Source of the DNA: Octopus sinensis
Taxonomy: Eukaryota
Reading direction: 5' to 3'
DNA length: 64,000 bases
Assembly: GCF_006345805.1 (NCBI RefSeq)
Contig: NC_043006.1
Location: 91,698,001 to 91,762,000, forward strand
A model generated the notes under the pieces. It was given only the letters and a program-made list of their open reading frames with translations. It was not told where the DNA came from and searched no databases. Of this stretch, positions 13,882 to 26,591 are shown piece by piece (the first letter of the stretch is position 1; every line of letters starts with the position of its first letter). A program made the translations under genes and the position numbers.

Positions 13882-14089
13882 CTGTAAACTAAATGTACGA
13901 GTATGTCTTTTTCCTTCAACGTAATCATACATTTCTTTTCACAACATATGCTAGATACTGCTTTACAAACATTCCTCTGTCACTTCCGTTGTCAGTGTGA
14001 AGGCCATTCTTGTACAGCATATGTAATATAAATTAAAATTAATTAAGAATGCAAGGATTCAGCTGCTATTGGTGGTCACAACAAGCTCA

Positions 14090-16150
14090 GCTCAAGGGTC
14101 CGGTTGCAAAACTACATTTAATCATTAATCTGTATTTTGCTGTTCTGCTTTATTTTAATGTAGGATATGACAAGAACAACGTGACACCTTAAACTGCTTA
14201 ATATACACCATCGTAGTATAGGAGGCAGAATTGTTTGTTGTTACCCGGTATACTTAGCCTGATGTATTTAAGTGTGTAGCTTATTTACTATTGTTACAAT
14301 TCATTCTGAGCATCTTTTACTTTATTCCTTCGTTTCAAATTCAAATATTTAATCCCGCCAAATATCACGAAGAAACTATTATTATTAACGTTCACTGGGG
14401 AACACCACGTGTTTACAAAATCCTATGTTGGAGTGGAGAGTATGCTTTTTGAGGTAGTTGTTGCTTAATAGATTGTTACTGAGCTTGATCATTTTTTCGT
14501 GGTGGGTATCACCATCGCTACTTATATTCATTGCTCGATGTTTTAGGCACTGAACAATCCCTCTCTTTACACTGTATGGATGGTGGGAGTTGAAGTTGAA
14601 GTATCGTCCAGCGAAGGTCGGCTTGCGGTATACGGATGTCCTGGATCCATGCTCGGTGCGTGTTATTAATACGCCCAGGAATGCCAGCTGATTGTGTTTT
14701 CTTTTTCCATTGTGAACTGTATCGATGGCTTTATTGAGTTCACGTGATATAACAGCACTTGGACATATCTCTGGTGGGCCAGAGTATGAACGTGTCATCA
14801 ACATATTGCAGTCACAGTGTTGGTTTTAGTGGTGTTGATCCTAAAGCCAAATTCTTAAAGAATTCCATGTATATATTGGTATTATTGGTGACAGTGGTGA
14901 ACCCATAGTTAAACCCTCTTCTTGTCGATATATACCAGTGTCCATACTGAAGTAGGTAGTTTCTACACAGAAGGTCAACATTTCCATCAAGTTTCTTGTT
15001 GGAATACTAGCGCATTCTTTTAGATGGGTGTCTACCACTAGCTTTTCTTGAATCACCGATAGTGTTTCACCAGTTGGGACTTTGGTGAACAGACTTATCA
15101 CATCTAAACTCACCATCTCGTTGAATTCAATGAGGGTTATTCTTGGTCAATTCTGTGAAATGGGTGTTATTCTTCACATACGATGTTGACTTTCCTGCTA
15201 ATGGACTGATTATTTCCACAAGGAAACGGCTCAGTGGATGACATGCTGAACCTCTACAGCTCACGATAGGTCTTAATGGAATACCATCCTTGTGAATCTT
15301 AGGAAGGCCGTACATGTGTGGTAGTTCACTGTAATGTTGAGTCAGTTGTCTGTATTTCATTGGTGTAAAGTGATCCTTTGGTGTAAAGATCTGTGACAAC
15401 TTCCTCTCTGTTTTCAAAGTAGGGTCTTTCTTTACTTTACTGTAGCTACCATCACTTAAAAGACTTGCCAGTTTTTCCAAGTAATCAGACTTGTTCATCA
15501 CCACTGTAGCATTTCCCTTGGCTGCTGAAGGTATTATGATGGAATTGTCACTCTGTAGTCTTTTGATAGCGAACGTTCCTCCTAAGTGATGTTTGCTTTG
15601 GGAAGTTTCACTTTTTCTAGTACCTTTCTCACTTTCTACTTTACTTCATCTCCCTGAGCTTTTGGTATTGTGTGTGTATGCGTATATGGGTGTGCATGTG
15701 CGTGCATGCGTGTGCATGTGTGTGTCCGCTCGTGCGTGTTCGTCCAAGTGCGTGTGTGTATGTATGTGTGTGTTTTCAGGCGTGCGCGTAAATGCCCATG
15801 TACAGATGCGCACACTCGCATCAATATACACGTGCACGCAAAACTATGAGGGCATACGCACACCCACGTATAGAAGTATATACTTGCACATGCCGCCCTT
15901 CCTTCTTCCTCGCTCAACTACCTGGCGTATTTCTAACCGTGCTCTATTTCCTATTCTCCATCTGGTCAATTTCCTATTCACCATGCGGTATTCTAAAGCA
16001 TCAAACATCAAACCATGACACCGCATGACCTTCCTCGACCAATCGCAGCCCACCTTTCAGTAATAACAATCAACTTCTGTCATTCAAATTCAAAATGGCT
16101 GACGACTAGCACCACGCTTGAAACTCACGAGTACCATCGAATTTGAATCG
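14090..16150 (-). mobile_element. Degenerate Penelope-like retroelement (PLE) RT, interrupted by a CA/GT-rich insertion at ~15620-15910
   Basis: PLE-specific motifs: LPKANIT..SIII..AKGNATVVMNKSDY, YGLPKIHKDGIPLRPIVS, SLDVISLFTKVP, GLTMGSPLSP, AFLGVLI..VYRKPT..YFNFNSHHP. It has frameshifts and the GIY-YIG region is largely deleted. Confidence 0.92.
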
Positions 16151-16265
16151 AATTGTTTTGATCCATGTAAATATATGTATATACAATTGCAGCGTGGAAG
16201 GTGCTTATAAGCAATTTAAGAAACACACAAAACCGTTAGATTCACTTCAACATTTAAATTTAATT

Positions 16266-16312
16266 TGTCAAAATATTTTCGTCGCTTTGAGACCGCGACC
16301 TGTTCACTGACA
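16266..16312 (-). ncRNA. Minimal type I hammerhead-like motif, G3-C8 core variant
   Basis: UGUCA-GUGAACA-G-GUCGC(ggucucaaa)GCGAC-GAA-AAUAUU-U-UGACA: 5-bp stem I, 5-bp stem II and a palindromic stem III. Confidence 0.6.
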
Positions 16313-16788
16313 TATATATGATATATGGGCACAAACACGCACACACATGTGCACATACGTGACGTATTTCCGCATTGACTCTATCAACAAAATTCCAAGG
16401 CACAAGGTATTGACCAGCCCGAGACTCAATGAATAATTCTTTGGAACGAAGTTGTTATTAGGCCACGCTGTTTGTTTTCCACCCTTCTATTGGAAACCAA
16501 TGATCAATGTACATATGAAAATATTCTTCGTAGAAAGGAAGAAAGAAATATTAATACGAAAATCCTTTTCTCTGGCTTCACAATGTATTTGATATGTTAA
16601 GATTATTCCATGGCAGCTCTTCTATGAAATTCGTTGCATCTAACCGCATTCATGAATTAGTAAGTGCGGTTTGTATTTCAACAGAAGGGACGTGGCTGGA
16701 AATCATTCTACAAGATAATCTGTGTATTTATGAATATTTATATGTATGTGAGTATGCATATGCACACATGGGCGTATATACATACAAT

Positions 16789-16832
<44 letters not shown>

Positions 16833-17247
16833 CACATATACATATATATATACGTGTATATATATTTGTATATATATACGTATACGTTTGGATGTGTGTT
16901 TCTATATTTATATATAAATATGTATGTATGTATTTACGCATGTATGTATGCATATGTGTATGTAAGTATGTATGCATGTGTACGTAAGTATGCAACTGTG
17001 ACTAAATTCATTCATGCATGAAGAAAAGCGAACGTATACACACGTGTTGATAATAGACTGTATGCACAAGTGGTGTATTTCAATGTTATAGTAGCGATAG
17101 GTCAATGTATGGATGTACGTTCATTTCTTTCAATGTGGATTTTATACACTATAATAGATAATAAAATGAGATTGACAGGCAAAAGATTATGAAGCGAAAT
17201 TTATGCATAAATTATGTACATTATATTGTATTATATTACTTAGTCAT

Positions 17248-17353
<106 letters not shown>

Positions 17354-17468
17354 TATATATATATTGATAAAAATGGCAAGACAACAAAAGAATGAAAGAG
17401 ACATCGATATTATATAAATAGAGGAATGTATCTGTAAATGTAATATGTGACAATTATTCGGTAGCCAT

Positions 17469-17529
17469 GATAAAACTCCGAGTTTCGGATGCCGAGGTGA
17501 AAATCCACGCCGCCATCTCTTCAGTTGTC
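17469..17529 (-). ncRNA. Minimal type I hammerhead-like motif, C3-G8 core
   Basis: GACAA-CUGAAGA-GAUG..long stem II..CAUC-C-GAA-ACUCGGAGU-U-UUAUC. One mismatch in stem I and an extra C before GAAA. Confidence 0.55.
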
Positions 17530-17549
17530 CGGCCATCGGAAAAATGCTC

Positions 17550-17635
17550 GCATTCATTTTATCTCTTTCAATGATACCCAGGTACTTATATCCTTCCTCT
17601 CCGACTTCTTTCATAGTTTTACCACTTTCCAGCTT
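17550..17635 (-). pseudogene. Short R4/Dong-type RT fragment
   Basis: Translates to KEVGEEGYKYLGIIE, the RT domain-7 motif. Confidence 0.55.
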
Positions 17636-17661
17636 TTATACTCACACACACACACACACAC

Positions 17662-17710
<49 letters not shown>

Positions 17711-17873
17711 GTATATATATGTATGTATAGGGAAAAATAAGAACAATCAACGAAAATGCACATTGTAAATAAAAAAAGAAAAGGCTTTTTATGAAAGGTA
17801 ACAACAGATATATACATTTAAATGGACTGAGGTAGTAATAAAAGTCATTATTATGAGAAGATTAAAGAGTCAT

Positions 17874-17913
17874 AAAGCATACCATGGTTTCGTCATAAGC
17901 TATTCATTGCTTT
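17874..17913 (-). ncRNA. Minimal type I hammerhead-like motif, A3-U8 core variant
   Basis: AAAGCA-AUGAAUA-G(cuuauga)C-GAA-ACCAUGGU-A-UGCUUU: 6-bp stem I, palindromic stem III and a GUA triplet. Stem II is only one base pair. Confidence 0.5.
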
Positions 17914-18020
17914 GAATGAACACCGGTTAATGAACGGTATTAGGTCTAACAGTATTTTCTATTTTCTTTTTGTAACATATTTCTACTATGTATGTACATA
18001 TATATACATATATACACACA

Positions 18021-18097
<77 letters not shown>

Positions 18098-18109
18098 ACA
18101 CATATTCTT

Positions 18110-18460
18110 TTAGTATTCTTTCATTTGTTTCAGATCATTTGATTGCGGCTATGTCGAAGCACCGGCTTTATTAGAACAAATCGACCCCAGGATTTATTCT
18201 TTGTAAGCCCAGTACTTATTCTACCGGCATTTTTGCTGAACCTCTGAGTTACAGGGACGTAAACATACCAACATCGGTCGTCAAGTGATCGTGGGGAGAG
18301 ACAAATACAGACACGCAAATATACGACAGGATTCTTTCAGTTTCTGTGTACTAAATCCACTCACAAGGCTTTGGTCGGCCCGAGGTTATAGTAGAAGATA
18401 CTTACCCAAGGTGCTACGCAGTGGGACTGAACCCGGAACCTTGTGGTCGGTTAGTAAGCT
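18110..18460 (-). mobile_element. SINE family A copy lacking its head; the head lies inverted at 18659-18698
   Basis: High similarity to 1-455 in reverse, ending abruptly at AGTAAGCT (18460). Confidence 0.85.
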
Positions 18461-18479
18461 CGCACTTTTCCGGTTGTCG

Positions 18480-18540
18480 GATAACTGAAGGGATGGCGGC
18501 ATGGATTTCCACCTCGGCATCTGAAACTTGGAGTTTTATC
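18480..18540 (+). ncRNA. Hammerhead-like motif, second copy of the 17469 family
   Basis: GAUAA-CUGAAGG-GAUG..CAUC-U-GAA-ACUUGGAGU-U-UUAUC. It lies in a ~115-bp unit (18462-18580) that is the inverted copy of 17428-17547. A9 is replaced by G. Confidence 0.5.
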
Positions 18541-18575
18541 ATGGCTACCGAATAATTGTCACATATTACATTTAC

Positions 18576-18658
<83 letters not shown>

Positions 18659-20391
18659 GGCGCAAGAGTGGCCGTGTGGCTAGAAGCTTACTTACCAATA
18701 TGCGTCAGAGTTAAATGCCGCTTTGGAGGTTTCTGGTATGGTTGACAGTTTTGTTGGAATTTTGCAAATACGTTTTGAAGATTAAAAAGAATATAGAAGG
18801 AGATCCGGCCACACCATTATTACAGTAAGTGAAAAAGGAAAATTATTTGAGAATAAAGAAAATATTTTGTGGTATTGGCATCAATTAGAATACAGCACTT
18901 CTTTAAATTGAGAATAGAGTTTTCGGTTTGCAATACCGTTAAGTCAAATGGGGAACGAGAGATTAAAAGAAAATGTAATTTTAAAGCACGTGCTGATGGT
19001 ACGTACTCTTAGCCCAGAATATCTCCTGGCGTGAGCGGAAGACCAAAGCGATTTATGGACATATAGGACTCATCTCTACTATTGTACTGAACAACAGGCC
19101 ATATCGGATATTATGCTTTGATGACATGTGTGCATCATAATTGGCGACGATGACCACTCAGGTATTTTGATGTTATTAGCAGAGATACATACACAGCAGG
19201 AAATTGAAGATCTGGCAAAACTATCGACAGACCAAGATTTCTAGTGTTATAAACACATCCCGATTGCAGCCACTTGAAGAACAATGATGAAGTTCCATAA
19301 TATGTTTGTAAATGTATGGTAGTCGATTTTGCTGGTTCTGAAAGACGCTTCTTGTTTAACGTCATGGAGTAATTTACAAGATAATTAACCAGTGAAATAA
19401 AATGGAAATGGATTCCTTCATAAAGCCTATTTATTATCAGCAGTTTATTGACAAGTAATCCATGCTTGAAATAGAAGAATGAAACAATAGAAATAATGAG
19501 GATGCAATCGAATCTTTCCCTAATATCACCCTGACATCTTTAATAAGGAAAGGATCCAGTGGATAATATAGTATAGCTCTAAAACGACACGGTGGACGAA
19601 TCTGGAATACTTTTGTTCTGCTTAGTCTGTTCTACGAGGGCTGAGCGGGAGCTACACAGCAGCAAAACCCACAACAGCAACAAGAGAAATAATGAGGGCA
19701 CATCTACGAGGTCGTGCGATCTATTAGATATAGCACCAAAATCGCCCTCAAATCACACTTTCTTATCTTAAATAAAGAGAGGGCACATTAGTTATTGCAG
19801 GTTTTGATACACTATATCCGAAAAGAAGGGAAAACGAGTATTCATGGTCGAATTGTTTTTTCCATTGGTCTTGCTTAATCAAGGTTGATTCGGCGCTCAA
19901 CCATAAGGAAATTTTAAACATTGAAATTAAATAAATAGTGGGGTGGATGTTTCAGTAGGGGAAGGCACATTTGGAACGTCTATGAGAAAGTGATTAAAAA
20001 ACCCTGAAACGAAAGGGATATTATTATTATACCGTCCCTCTTATTGATGAATGTCACTGTAATGCGAGTGTTCATTCGATTTGATTGGCAAGAAGACAAA
20101 ATAATGTTCTCCTCTTCATTTTTCGAACATCTCACTAAGTCTATAAATATGTGTGGATGCAGTAACAAGTTCTCTTTGCAATCACGATATCCTATGTCTA
20201 ATTCTATCCCGTTCCACTTTGGATAAGCATCTCTCACCACTGCCTTGGGTTAATCCAAAGACTGTGAGTGAAACAAAGCGGATGAAAACTATGCGGAAAC
20301 CTATCAAATGGATTGTATCAATAATTTAAATGCTAAGCCACGTCCCATTGTATAAGGCTAATTGTACCGGAGATTCTTGTTCCCGTATCTC

Positions 20392-20730
20392 AGGCGTGAC
20401 TGAATGATGAATTGGCTTCCCAACCACATGGTTCCGAGTTCAGTCTTCTACTATAACTTGGAGCGACCCAAGGCCTTACCAGCGGATTTGATAGACGGAA
20501 ACTGAAAAGAAGTATATATTCTTTTATTCTTTCAGTTGTTTCAGTCTTTTGACCGTGGTCATGCTGGAGCACCGCCTTTAGTCGAACAAATCGACCCCAG
20601 GACTTATTCTTTGTAAGCCTAATACTTATTCTATCGGTTTCTTTCGCCGAACCGCTAAATACGGTGACCAATATCAGTCGTCAAGCGATTGTGGGGGACA
20701 AACACAGTCACAACACACACACACACACAC

Positions 20731-20783
<53 letters not shown>

Positions 20784-20895
20784 CGACGGGCTTCTTTCTG
20801 TTTCCGTCTATCAAATCCACTCAAAAGATTTTGGTCGACGCAGTGGGACTGAGCCCAGAACCATGTGATTGGGAAGCAAGCTTCTTACCACACTC
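20392..20895. mobile_element. Two adjacent SINE A copies in opposite orientation (head 20392-20512 on +, body 20520-20895 on -)
   Basis: GGATTTGATAGACGGAAAC in the first copy versus GTTTCCGTCTATCAAATCC in the second. Confidence 0.8.
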
Positions 20896-22888
20896 CTATA
20901 TTCTCCAGCCTGTTTTCTTCTATCTACTCTTAATCTTTATTCTTCTATTTTATTCCTTATAAGCTGTGAATGTCCCTGTCTGAAACTTTCATACATATCT
21001 TGTCTCTGGTGATGGAATACCCAGTGTACGGACATGCTAGCCAATCACTTGGGATAACCCAGAAACAGCTGTAAGACTTTAAATTCACCTTACCCTAATT
21101 AAATTATTATAAATGACTTCAGGTACTCGACCTGCCTTAGTTTTGTTCACCTTTTTCCTCTAACAAAAAAAAAAGAAAAAAATATATATGCATATCACTG
21201 TATGCGCGTGTGTGTGTCTTTGTGTTTGTGTTTGTCCCACCGCTGCTTGATAACCGGTATTGGCTCATTACGTACCCGTAACTGTCTGCTTCGACTAAGC
21301 GACCCATAGGGACCAATAGAGAAAGTATGAAGGGACCGCTTCGTTTGGTTAAACATCCTTCAAGGTGGTGCCCCAGCATGGCAGCAGTTCAGTGACTGAT
21401 ACAAGTAAAACTCAAAGGATAGACATATAAGTGAGAGATACAAATACCGATTTTAAAACTGTATCTATTTACAGGTGTAGACAGTTTGCCTTCTCATTGA
21501 AGAGCAATTAATTTGTTTATGGCACAAACTTACATACTTCATTACGCTGCAAGCTAGGACTGGATCGGCGAAAGGAAAGCAAATTGCCTTTCCGATAGAT
21601 TTAGATACCGCTACTTAAAACGATCAAACTGCCACATATTCGATTTTTGAAGAAACAAATATAGAAATAGGCAGTAAATCTTTCTTATTCTCGCACATAT
21701 TGCTGAAATTATTTTGATTGGTGGCACTGATGGTGTTAATATAAACCGGAAATATTACAACGAAGCTAATATGTAATTAATTTGGAAACGGATGCATTGC
21801 AATATACTTTATTCGTTCCGGATGTGGTTATTAGATTTCTAATAACAAATAATTAAGCTTTTAGTGTGATATTTAAAGGCAAAACAACAAATGTAATATT
21901 TAATAAGTAATAGCTTATATGTAAATTGTGCTGAAAGCAAACTGAGAAAGGAAAAACAAGCAAAAACCCCTACAACAACAACAACAACAACAACAACAAC
22001 ACAACACCTATATAAATGAAGATTATAAAGTAAATCTTCCAGAAATCAATGAACATAATGGAGCTGTGTTATATATCTAGTGATTCGTTTTGATTACGTT
22101 AAAATATCCATGGCCTTTCAAGAGAGAAAATTAGATTAGATTATCAGTAGTGAAAATGAATTAAGTAAATTGATTTAGCATTACATATCAGTCAGTTCGA
22201 CGTGTATCGTTTCGTCTTCGGTTTTTCCTTTTTCATTTTATTTTCTCACTATGAGTTGTACTTAGCATTCCTATATGTTGCATTTAATGAGTTTCACTTT
22301 TACATGAAGGTATTGCATTTTCATCCGAAATTATATTATATAACGTCTAATGAACAGATTTTATAAACTTGTAATTGCATTCTGTGAATATTGACAGTCG
22401 AAAGATTATGAATGAGCGGTGATAAGTATAAAAAAAATCGGATAAAACCACTGGGTTTTGGGACATAGTGAATGAAATTTTAATTTACAGGTCGTTCTTC
22501 AAGGAACGACGCCACGCATAACATTTCGCTTTCTTATTATTTTTGTTGTAAAAACATGCTTATTGAAAATATATTACTGAAGTAAGTGGTCCCATGAATG
22601 CGCATATGTTTCTGAACGTGTGTGAACATTTATGGAAGTATGTGTGTGTATGTTTTACTTAAATTTTAATACATTTGTGATGGGAGAAGTAATATCGATG
22701 ATGTTTGCAAATCGTTCGTCGACGGTTTAAATTAAATGGTCTGAATAACTTGCATGGCATCCCCAACAGAAGAAATATAGAATTCTTGGTTTGGTCCAAT
22801 TGCTGACTTCAGTATAACATTTCTGAAAGAAAATGTAGTCCTTAAGCAATAATAAATCTTAGAGCGAGTTATAAACTGTAGCTGCAAC

Positions 22889-23447
22889 ACATCGTGACGT
22901 ATATTTGCCATGGCTAATAGCTAAGGGTGGATGCTACTGTAGTTTGTAGCCCCATGAGGACACCTCCTCCAGCTGGCTTTAGACATACTTTCTGTGCCCT
23001 ATCAGTATTTGCAAAGGGAAGCCATCCTTCCCGTCTTCAACTTATGATACACACGGACTCGAGTTTCTGGGTACTGACCCGTCATCGGCATGTGACAATC
23101 ACAGTTGTCGATGAAAAGTAGGTTCCCTTCACAAATACATATCCCTTTTCCATTCGATATCAGTGTCTTTACGATACTGGAAAGGGATAAGTATTTGTGA
23201 AGGGAACCTACTTTTCATCGACAACTGTGATTGTCACATGCCGATGACGGGTCAATACTCAGAAACTCGAGTCCGTGTGTATCATAAGTTGAAGACGGGA
23301 AGGATGACTTCTCTTTGCAAATACTGATAGGGCACAGAAAGTGTGTCTAAAGCCAGCTGGAGGAGGTGTCCTCCGGGGGCTATAAACTATAGTAGCATCC
23401 ACCTTAGGGGTTAGCCATATTTAAATGGCAAATATACGTCACAATGT
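22889..23447. repeat. Long near-perfect inverted repeat (arms ~265 bp, loop ~25 nt); foldback/MITE-like
   Basis: The left arm ACATCGTGACGTATATTTGCCA...ATCCCTTTTCCA matches the reverse complement of TGGAAAGGGATA...TGGCAAATATACGTCACAATGT with about ten substitutions and a few small indels. Confidence 0.95.
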
Positions 23448-23498
23448 ATTCCTTACACGCAAACAAATATCCTTTCATCTATATATATATACAAGTGA

Positions 23499-23815
23499 GG
23501 GCGCGTGGCTTAGTGGTTAGGGCATTCGGCTCATGATCGTAAGGTTGTGAGTTCGATTCCCGGCGACGCGTTGTGTCCTTGAGCAAGACACTTTATTTCA
23601 CGTTGCTCCAGTCCACTCAGCTGGCAAAAATGAGTTGTACTTGTATTTCAAAGGGTCAGCCTTGTCACTCTCTGTGTCACGCTGATTATCCCCGAGAACT
23701 ACGTCAAGGGTACACGTGTCTGTGGAATGCTCAGCCATTTGCACGTTAATTTCACGAGCAAGCTGTTCCGTTGATCGTATCAGCTGGGACCCTCGTCGTC
23801 GTAACCGGCGGAGTC
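23499..23815 (+). mobile_element. tRNA-derived SINE family C
   Basis: A box TGGCTTAGTGG, B box GTTCGATTCC, a CTCATGA loop and core GTCCTTGAGCAAGACAC. A second copy is at 39451-39770 and a head fragment at ~44845-44915 (-). Confidence 0.85.
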
Positions 23816-24717
23816 TTTTAAATATATATACATGGCGCGAAATTGTGTATATATACATACATATATATATATGAGTGTGTGTGTGTATATGTATATATGC
23901 ATGTATGTATACACACATATATGTATTTATATATCTGCCCATATATACATATGTGCGTGTGAGTTTGTAATATCAATATTACATTAAAGATGAGAACTAA
24001 GACACCTGAATACTTGTCACATTCATTACACTGATATCCTTTTTGCTATGTGAAATTAGGAAAGCTCTCGAGAATGTAGAAAAACTATTACATGCGGTTC
24101 TGGAAGAAGTCTACGTATAGTTTATAATATATAAAAAAACATTTATAAGAAAGAATTTTTTTATTTATCCTATATTTCAGTTACATCCTTCATGTAGAAC
24201 ATAAAATATAATATACGAAAGATTTGCAAACGATTCCGGTAAAACAAAGTTAGAAAATGTTACATATATATATATATATATATGGTAAATGTAAGATGGG
24301 AGATGGAATATACGAGAATTTATTGATCACGACAAATGTTTTGACACATCTAGTATGGAGCCCTGACGGGTGGGACACTCAGGAGCATCCAGCGGTGCAG
24401 ATGTATCTGATCGGGTGATAAATAGACACAACTCATTGCAACAAAGTTCTCATTTCGTAGAAAGAAAAGCAGCATAACGAAGGGAAAATCTTCAATTACA
24501 TAGAAGATCAAGAATAAAATCACAGATGGCGAAAAGAGAACCGAACACGCAATACAGCGATAAAAGTATGAAAAATAACCGTTAACAGATATGGATGTAT
24601 AAACGCCCTCGCGCAAGCTGCATGGCGCGTGTACACTCGCTCATACAAGCAGCCGCGAAAAGGTAAGTATACGCACGCGTGTTGTTTGGTGCACTCGTGT
24701 ATATATGTATATATATA

Positions 24718-24768
<51 letters not shown>

Positions 24769-24779
24769 TATACGCACAA

Positions 24780-25042
24780 TGTAGTCGAGCAAATCGCCCT
24801 AAGGACTTATTCTTGTACGCCTAGTACTTATTCTATCGGTCTCTTTTGCCGAACCGCTAAGTTATGGGGACGTATACACACCAGCATCGATTGTCAAGCG
24901 ATGCTGGGGGTGGACACACACAGACACACAGACACACACACACATATATATACATATACATATATACGACGGGCTTCTTTCAGTTTCCGTCTACCAAATC
25001 TACCAAATCTACTCACAAAGTTTTGGTCGGCCCGAGGCTATA
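24780..25042 (-). mobile_element. SINE family A partial copy
   Basis: Reverse similarity to 1-455. Confidence 0.8.
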
Positions 25043-26591
25043 ATGAAGCCAGCTGTGGCCCTCACGAACTTATACATACATACATACATACATACATACA
25101 TACATACATACATACATACATACATACACATACATACACACATGCATACATGCATAAATGCACAGTCAAAAGAAACAAGAGAATATTTATGGTGAATTAA
25201 TGCGGAACTTTCGGCTCTTGCGCCCTGACTTGAATTCCCCTTTGTATCTATCATCATTAGATTGCACAAAGACCTTGGAATACTGGGTTTCACGGAAAAA
25301 GTGCAAAAGAAACTGACACGGATTCCTCAAATCCAATCTATTAGGGACACATTGAGGATTTGCAAGGCATTGCAAAAATTCTCCATCTGAGATTCTTATG
25401 TGAGTAGATGCACACACTTGGGTGCTTGTATCAACGATTCTACCAACATTCCAGCTCAACCACATCACAAATACCGAGAACTTTCTTTTTGCTTTCTTCG
25501 TGACCAGGAAGCAACGCTGATTTACTTAAACGTGGCAACTTTGGATCCCAGCTGAGCAACTAACCTGCGACGATACATTTTCAGGGCATAAAGTGATATC
25601 GGAATCGAAATGGTAGGCTTTAGAAGGAAGAATGCATAAAGAAAAGTAGCGATCACAAAACAAACAACAAAGTCAAATTATTCGGAATGTAAACTACACC
25701 CAAATATATAAAACAAGAATAAAATATAGAAAAGAAATAAGAAAACTGAAAGTAAACCGTAAAACATGGCGGCGAGATGGCTGAATAGTTAGGACGTTGG
25801 ACAGGATGTTTTATAGGGTTCCTTTTGAAGCTGTACCTTCCGAGTTCAAATCCTGTCGTGTTCAACTTTGTCTCTCGTCCCTTCGGCGTCGATAAAATAA
25901 AATAACGTACAATATTAAGAACCCGGTTCGATGTAAGCGACTTGTCACCGCCTTTCAGAATTGCTCGCCTTGAAGTTTTCAAAGGACCGGCGTCACATGC
26001 AAAGATTATTTCATAATCGTTTCCTGAAGCTCCTACCTCCTTGTAGCTATGATAAATATAGCATTCAACTTTTGGTTGGTCAATTCTATGCAGTCATTAC
26101 TTTTCTTGCCTTCCTGTTTTGTCGTTCTGGGCTCCTTAGGCAGCAGTCGAAATCCTATCGCTCATGTATTACTGGGACTGCTACACCATTGATGCATTTT
26201 ATATATAATATAGAAAGAATACCATAATAACGCACTCAGAGTACGGCATTTAAAATGATTGCAAAATAAAATGCCGCTTTAGGTCGTATACATGAAAACT
26301 GGCACATTCTGAGAGAAAACCAATTCAACCGGGTTATACCGGCACTCTCATTCATTTTTGAACTTCTACATGTATTTCTTCTACATGTATTTCTACATGC
26401 ACTTCTACATGTATTTCTTAATAAAACGTAATAAAATTTATAATGGTTTAGCTGTAGAGGAAAGAGCCTGACTTGAGTCCTGTTTATAAGGTAAAGTCGA
26501 ACTAAGTGGAATTTGAAATGAAAGGGTTGAGAGCTGGAGTGAACACCGCAAAATATTCTGTCCGACCCGCTAACGACTCTGTTAAATCTTA

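Noticed and set aside
22490-22586. Possible exon between TTTACAG and GTAAGT (also 3454-3530 and a donor-like site at ~24663)
   Set aside because: In-frame stops or no recognisable peptide; such splice-like motifs are common by chance.
23499-23570. tRNA-Met-like gene
   Set aside because: The acceptor stem does not pair, and the sequence continues into a repeated SINE body also present at 39451.
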